Shown here one piece after another: positions 60,531 to 64,000 of a DNA stretch of 64,000 nt. The position numbers were made by a program, and so were the translations under genes. The stretch comes from an uncultured bacterium. GTDB lineage: Bacteria > Krumholzibacteriota > Krumholzibacteriia > JACNKJ01. Numbering within the stretch: position 1 is the first letter of the stretch; every line of letters starts with the position of its first letter. Below the pieces are notes generated by a model, which did not search any database, was not told the origin of the DNA, and saw only the letters and a list, made by a program, of their open reading frames with translations. Where the stretch lies: the NCBI GenBank assembly GCA_963695095.1, contig CAVOFT010000001.1:2624001-2688000 (forward strand), written 5' to 3'.

Positions 60531-61951
60531 GGCTGTCCTCCTTCGCCGAGGCCGCGACGGCGGGACCACCAGAGCCGCAGCGGCCAGGCCGAGAGCACGA
60601 TCAAGGGCAGGGCGACCAGGGACAGCAGCAGGTAAAGCCGCCGCCCCGACGGCGTGATCGGCAGCAAGCGCGCCGGCGGCAGCGCGGCACCGGGGGCCAC
60701 GCGCTCCTGCGCCAGCCAGCCCAATCCCCCCAGCAGCAGGCGGCCGTTGCCATACCAATCCAGGTGCGCGGCGCTGATGAAGTGGCTGTCGCCCACCACG
60801 AGCAGCGGCCCGCCGCCCTGGGCGCTGCTGTCCGAGGCGGCCGCCAGCACGAAGGGCCCGCGGCGATCGGTCGCCTCGTCGAGGTGGGCGCTGCCGTCGA
60901 AGGGCCCGCGCTCCTCGAAGCTGCGCTCGCCGCTGATGAGCAGGGGGCCGGGCGCGCCGGGCCCCTCACCGCTGAGGTCGAGGGCTCGAGCGAGAGGAAA
61001 GCAGGACGGCTCGGGCCGGGTGAGGAAGCCGCGCGTGGCGGGGTGCGCGGCATAGCGCGTGGCCACCGGAATCTCGAAGCCGCGATCCAGGGCGATGTTC
61101 TCCTCGCTGAAGTCGACGATGAAGCCCTCGCCCAGCGCGATGCCGCGCGTGGCGAGCAGCGGACCCAGGCCCGCGTCGCGCGAGGAGTCGGCCATCTCGG
61201 CCGCGGGATCGATGAGCAGGCAGAGCGCGCCGCCCGCGGCGAGGTAGCGCTCGAGGGCGGCGAGCACGCTGGCCGGCAGGCGCTGGTGCGGACCGGGAAC
61301 AAGCAGCACCCCGGCGCCGGGTGCGGGCGCGGGCTCGCTGAGCGCCCACCAGGGAAGCACCTGCCAGCCCTCGGCGCCGAGCAGGGTCGCCAGGGCGCTC
61401 AGGCTCTCGGGCCCGGCATCCTGGCCGGCCAGGCCCAGAGGCCGCAGCCCCGGCGCCTGGGCGACGGCAAGGCGCCGTCCCCCCTCCTCGCCGCGGCCCA
61501 GGGCGATGAAGGCGCGCGCCAGAGCGCGCTCGTCGAGGGAGTAGTCGCCGGTCGCGCTGCGCTCGGCCAGCAGGCGCTCGCTGGCGCCATCCAGCTCGAT
61601 GAGCAGTTCGCCGGGCTCCTGGACGCCGGCCGCCATGGCGCGCGCCGGCTCGCGCCCGGGGTCGATGAAGCGCCAGCTCAGATCCGGCCGCAGCGCCTGG
61701 CAGGCCCCCAGCAGCGCGGCGGCGCGGCTGCGCTCCGGCTCCCGGTCGGGGAGAAAGAGCGTGATGCGCGGCGCGCCCGGGAGCGCCGCCAGGCTCTCGG
61801 CCGTGCGCGCCTCGAGGCTGTGGCGCGAGCCCGCGCTCAGATCCAGCCGCCAGCGCTGCCGGCCGCCGAGAGTGAGCAGCAGCGCGGCGGCCAGCAGCAG
61901 GGTCAAGCTGCGCACCCAGATCTGGGCGCGCGCGCTCGCGGCGGTGCTCAT
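60527..61951 (-). CDS. GldG-like ABC transporter auxiliary component
   Basis: RLDLSAGSRHSL..RT...L, FIDP, YLAAGG, VVGDSHF, YGNGRLL, C-terminal TM. Confidence 0.8.
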   Translation of the reverse strand: MSTAASARAQIWVRSLTLLLAAALLLTLGGRQRWRLDLSAGSRHSLEARTAESLAALPGAPRITLFLPDREPERSRAAALLGACQALRPDLSWRFIDPGREPARAMAAGVQEPGELLIELDGASERLLAERSATGDYSLDERALARAFIALGRGEEGGRRLAVAQAPGLRPLGLAGQDAGPESLSALATLLGAEGWQVLPWWALSEPAPAPGAGVLLVPGPHQRLPASVLAALERYLAAGGALCLLIDPAAEMADSSRDAGLGPLLATRGIALGEGFIVDFSEENIALDRGFEIPVATRYAAHPATRGFLTRPEPSCFPLARALDLSGEGPGAPGPLLISGERSFEERGPFDGSAHLDEATDRRGPFVLAAASDSSAQGGGPLLVVGDSHFISAAHLDWYGNGRLLLGGLGWLAQERVAPGAALPPARLLPITPSGRRLYLLLSLVALPLIVLSAWPLRLWWSRRRGLGEGGQP

Positions 61952-62732
61952 CGGCCGCCTCCCCGCAGGGCCTGCAGACGGCGGCGCGCGAGCTCCAGCC
62001 CCAGCGCCGTGAGGACGAGGAAGTAGAGCAGGTCCGCCGTGTCGAGCAGCCCCGCGAGCAGGGGTGCCAGATGGCCGAGCGCGGACAGGCTGACCAGCGC
62101 GCCGCCTGGAAAGCCCGTCGCGCCGGGACGCGCGAAGCCGCCCAGGATCCACAGCAGGATCAGCAGCGCAAAGCCGCCGATCGCAGCCAGCAGCGGACTG
62201 CGCGTCAGACTGCTCACGAAGAGCGACAGGGCGAGGAAGGCCGCCGCGAGCAGCCCGATGCCGGCCAGCCCCAGCAGGAAACTCGGCCAGTGCAGGCTGC
62301 CGTAGCCGGTCAGGACGAGCTTGGGCAGGCAGGCCAAGACGAGCAGGGCCAGGAAGTAGAGCCAGGCGGCCAGCCACTTGCCCAGGACGAGCCGGCCCTC
62401 GCCCACGGGACTCGTCATCAAGAGCTCGAGGGTGCCGCTCTTGCGCTCCTCGGCGATGAGGTTCATCGCGAGCAGGGGCAGGAGCAGCAGGCTGAGCAGG
62501 GCGAGGGCGCCGAGATCCTGGCGCAGCAGGCTCTCGTTGAAGTCGAGGAAGGCGGGCGCCAGTCCCTGGCTGCGCATGCGCAGGCCGATCTCGGCGTTCG
62601 CCCGCAGGTAGCCCTGGAGATTGAGGATGCTGAGCGCGCCCGCGAGCAGCAGGAAGACCCCGCCCAGGAGCCCGGCCAAGGGCGAGTTGAACAGGGCGCG
62701 CCACTCCCGGCGCAAGATTGCCGCCAGCACTC

Positions 62733-62736
<4 letters not shown>
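61948..62736 (-). CDS. GldF-like ABC-2 permease
   Basis: ILRREWRALFNSPLA, AEERKSGTLELLMTSPV, VLGKWLA, GLLDTADLLYF. Confidence 0.9.
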
Positions 62737-63662
<926 letters not shown>

Positions 63663-63693
63663 CCCTGCGAGTTAGTCCTTCGCGGCCGGCCTG

Positions 63694-64000
63694 TCAACCG
63701 CGATCGCCGGCCGGCTCCCCGGCGCCGGCCAGCCCCGCCGCCGCGAGCAGAGCGGCCAGGCCCGCCGGGCTGCTCTCGGCAGTGGCCAGCCGGCGGGCGA
63801 AGGGCAGGGTCCAGCCCCAGACGCCGTTGCACAGCAGGGCCGGGGCCGCGCCGCGGGCGGCGCGCTGGGCCAGCTCGGCCTGCCGCGCGGGCGCGGGCGG
63901 CGTCCGCCCGAGATAGAGGTAGACCGGCGCGGTCGACGCCTCGTCCGCGCCCAGCCGCCGCGGAGCCGTGCCCATCGCGCGAGCATGGGCTCCCAGGTAG
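63694..64000 (-). CDS. 3' end of a hypothetical protein entering from beyond the window
   Basis: Open frame ...APVYLYLGRT...LLCNGVWGWTLPF...GDRG*; function not recognisable. Confidence 0.45.
   Translation of the reverse strand, partial: YLGAHARAMGTAPRRLGADEASTAPVYLYLGRTPPAPARQAELAQRAARGAAPALLCNGVWGWTLPFARRLATAESSPAGLAALLAAAGLAGAGEPAGDRG

Overview
GC-rich bacterial chromosomal window, mostly housekeeping and energy metabolism, with no phage, IS, integrase or CRISPR array recognised. In order: ssb (partial), tRNA-His, a HybA/HybB(NrfD)-type redox module with a 13-heme cytochrome c, tRNA-Arg and tRNA-Pro, an RRM protein, the rdgB-rph-murI-GerMN-amidase-smpB cluster, tRNA-Leu, queG, a lipoprotein plus L,D-transpeptidase operon, a TolC-MFP-RND efflux pump, a convergent kinase/REC-HDOD/REC-HD signalling locus with sigma28-like promoters, mqnC/mqnE, pepN, a PPi-type pfk, class II ribonucleotide reductase with NrdR boxes, a ~1500-aa pseudokinase-TPR sigma54 activator, apbE, rnfABCDGE, a three-gene nuo fragment (fused NuoB-NuoD, NuoG, NuoI) and a GldAFG-like ABC system. 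Best candidates for new biology: (1) an unannotated ~150-nt structured transcript (about 42575 to 42427, minus strand) with its own sigma54 -24/-12 promoter, insulated by two intrinsic terminators, just downstream of the giant activator and a small secreted protein; (2) a NuoB-NuoD fusion without NuoC in a unit with no membrane arm, directly upstream of rnf; (3) an L,D-transpeptidase operon with a putative Lpp-like lipoprotein and a catalytically dead paralogue. Many genes carry single-base frameshifts (densest at 48.5-52.6 kb); these are most likely assembly indels, so coordinates there are approximate. All calls come from reading motifs by eye; no database search was run.
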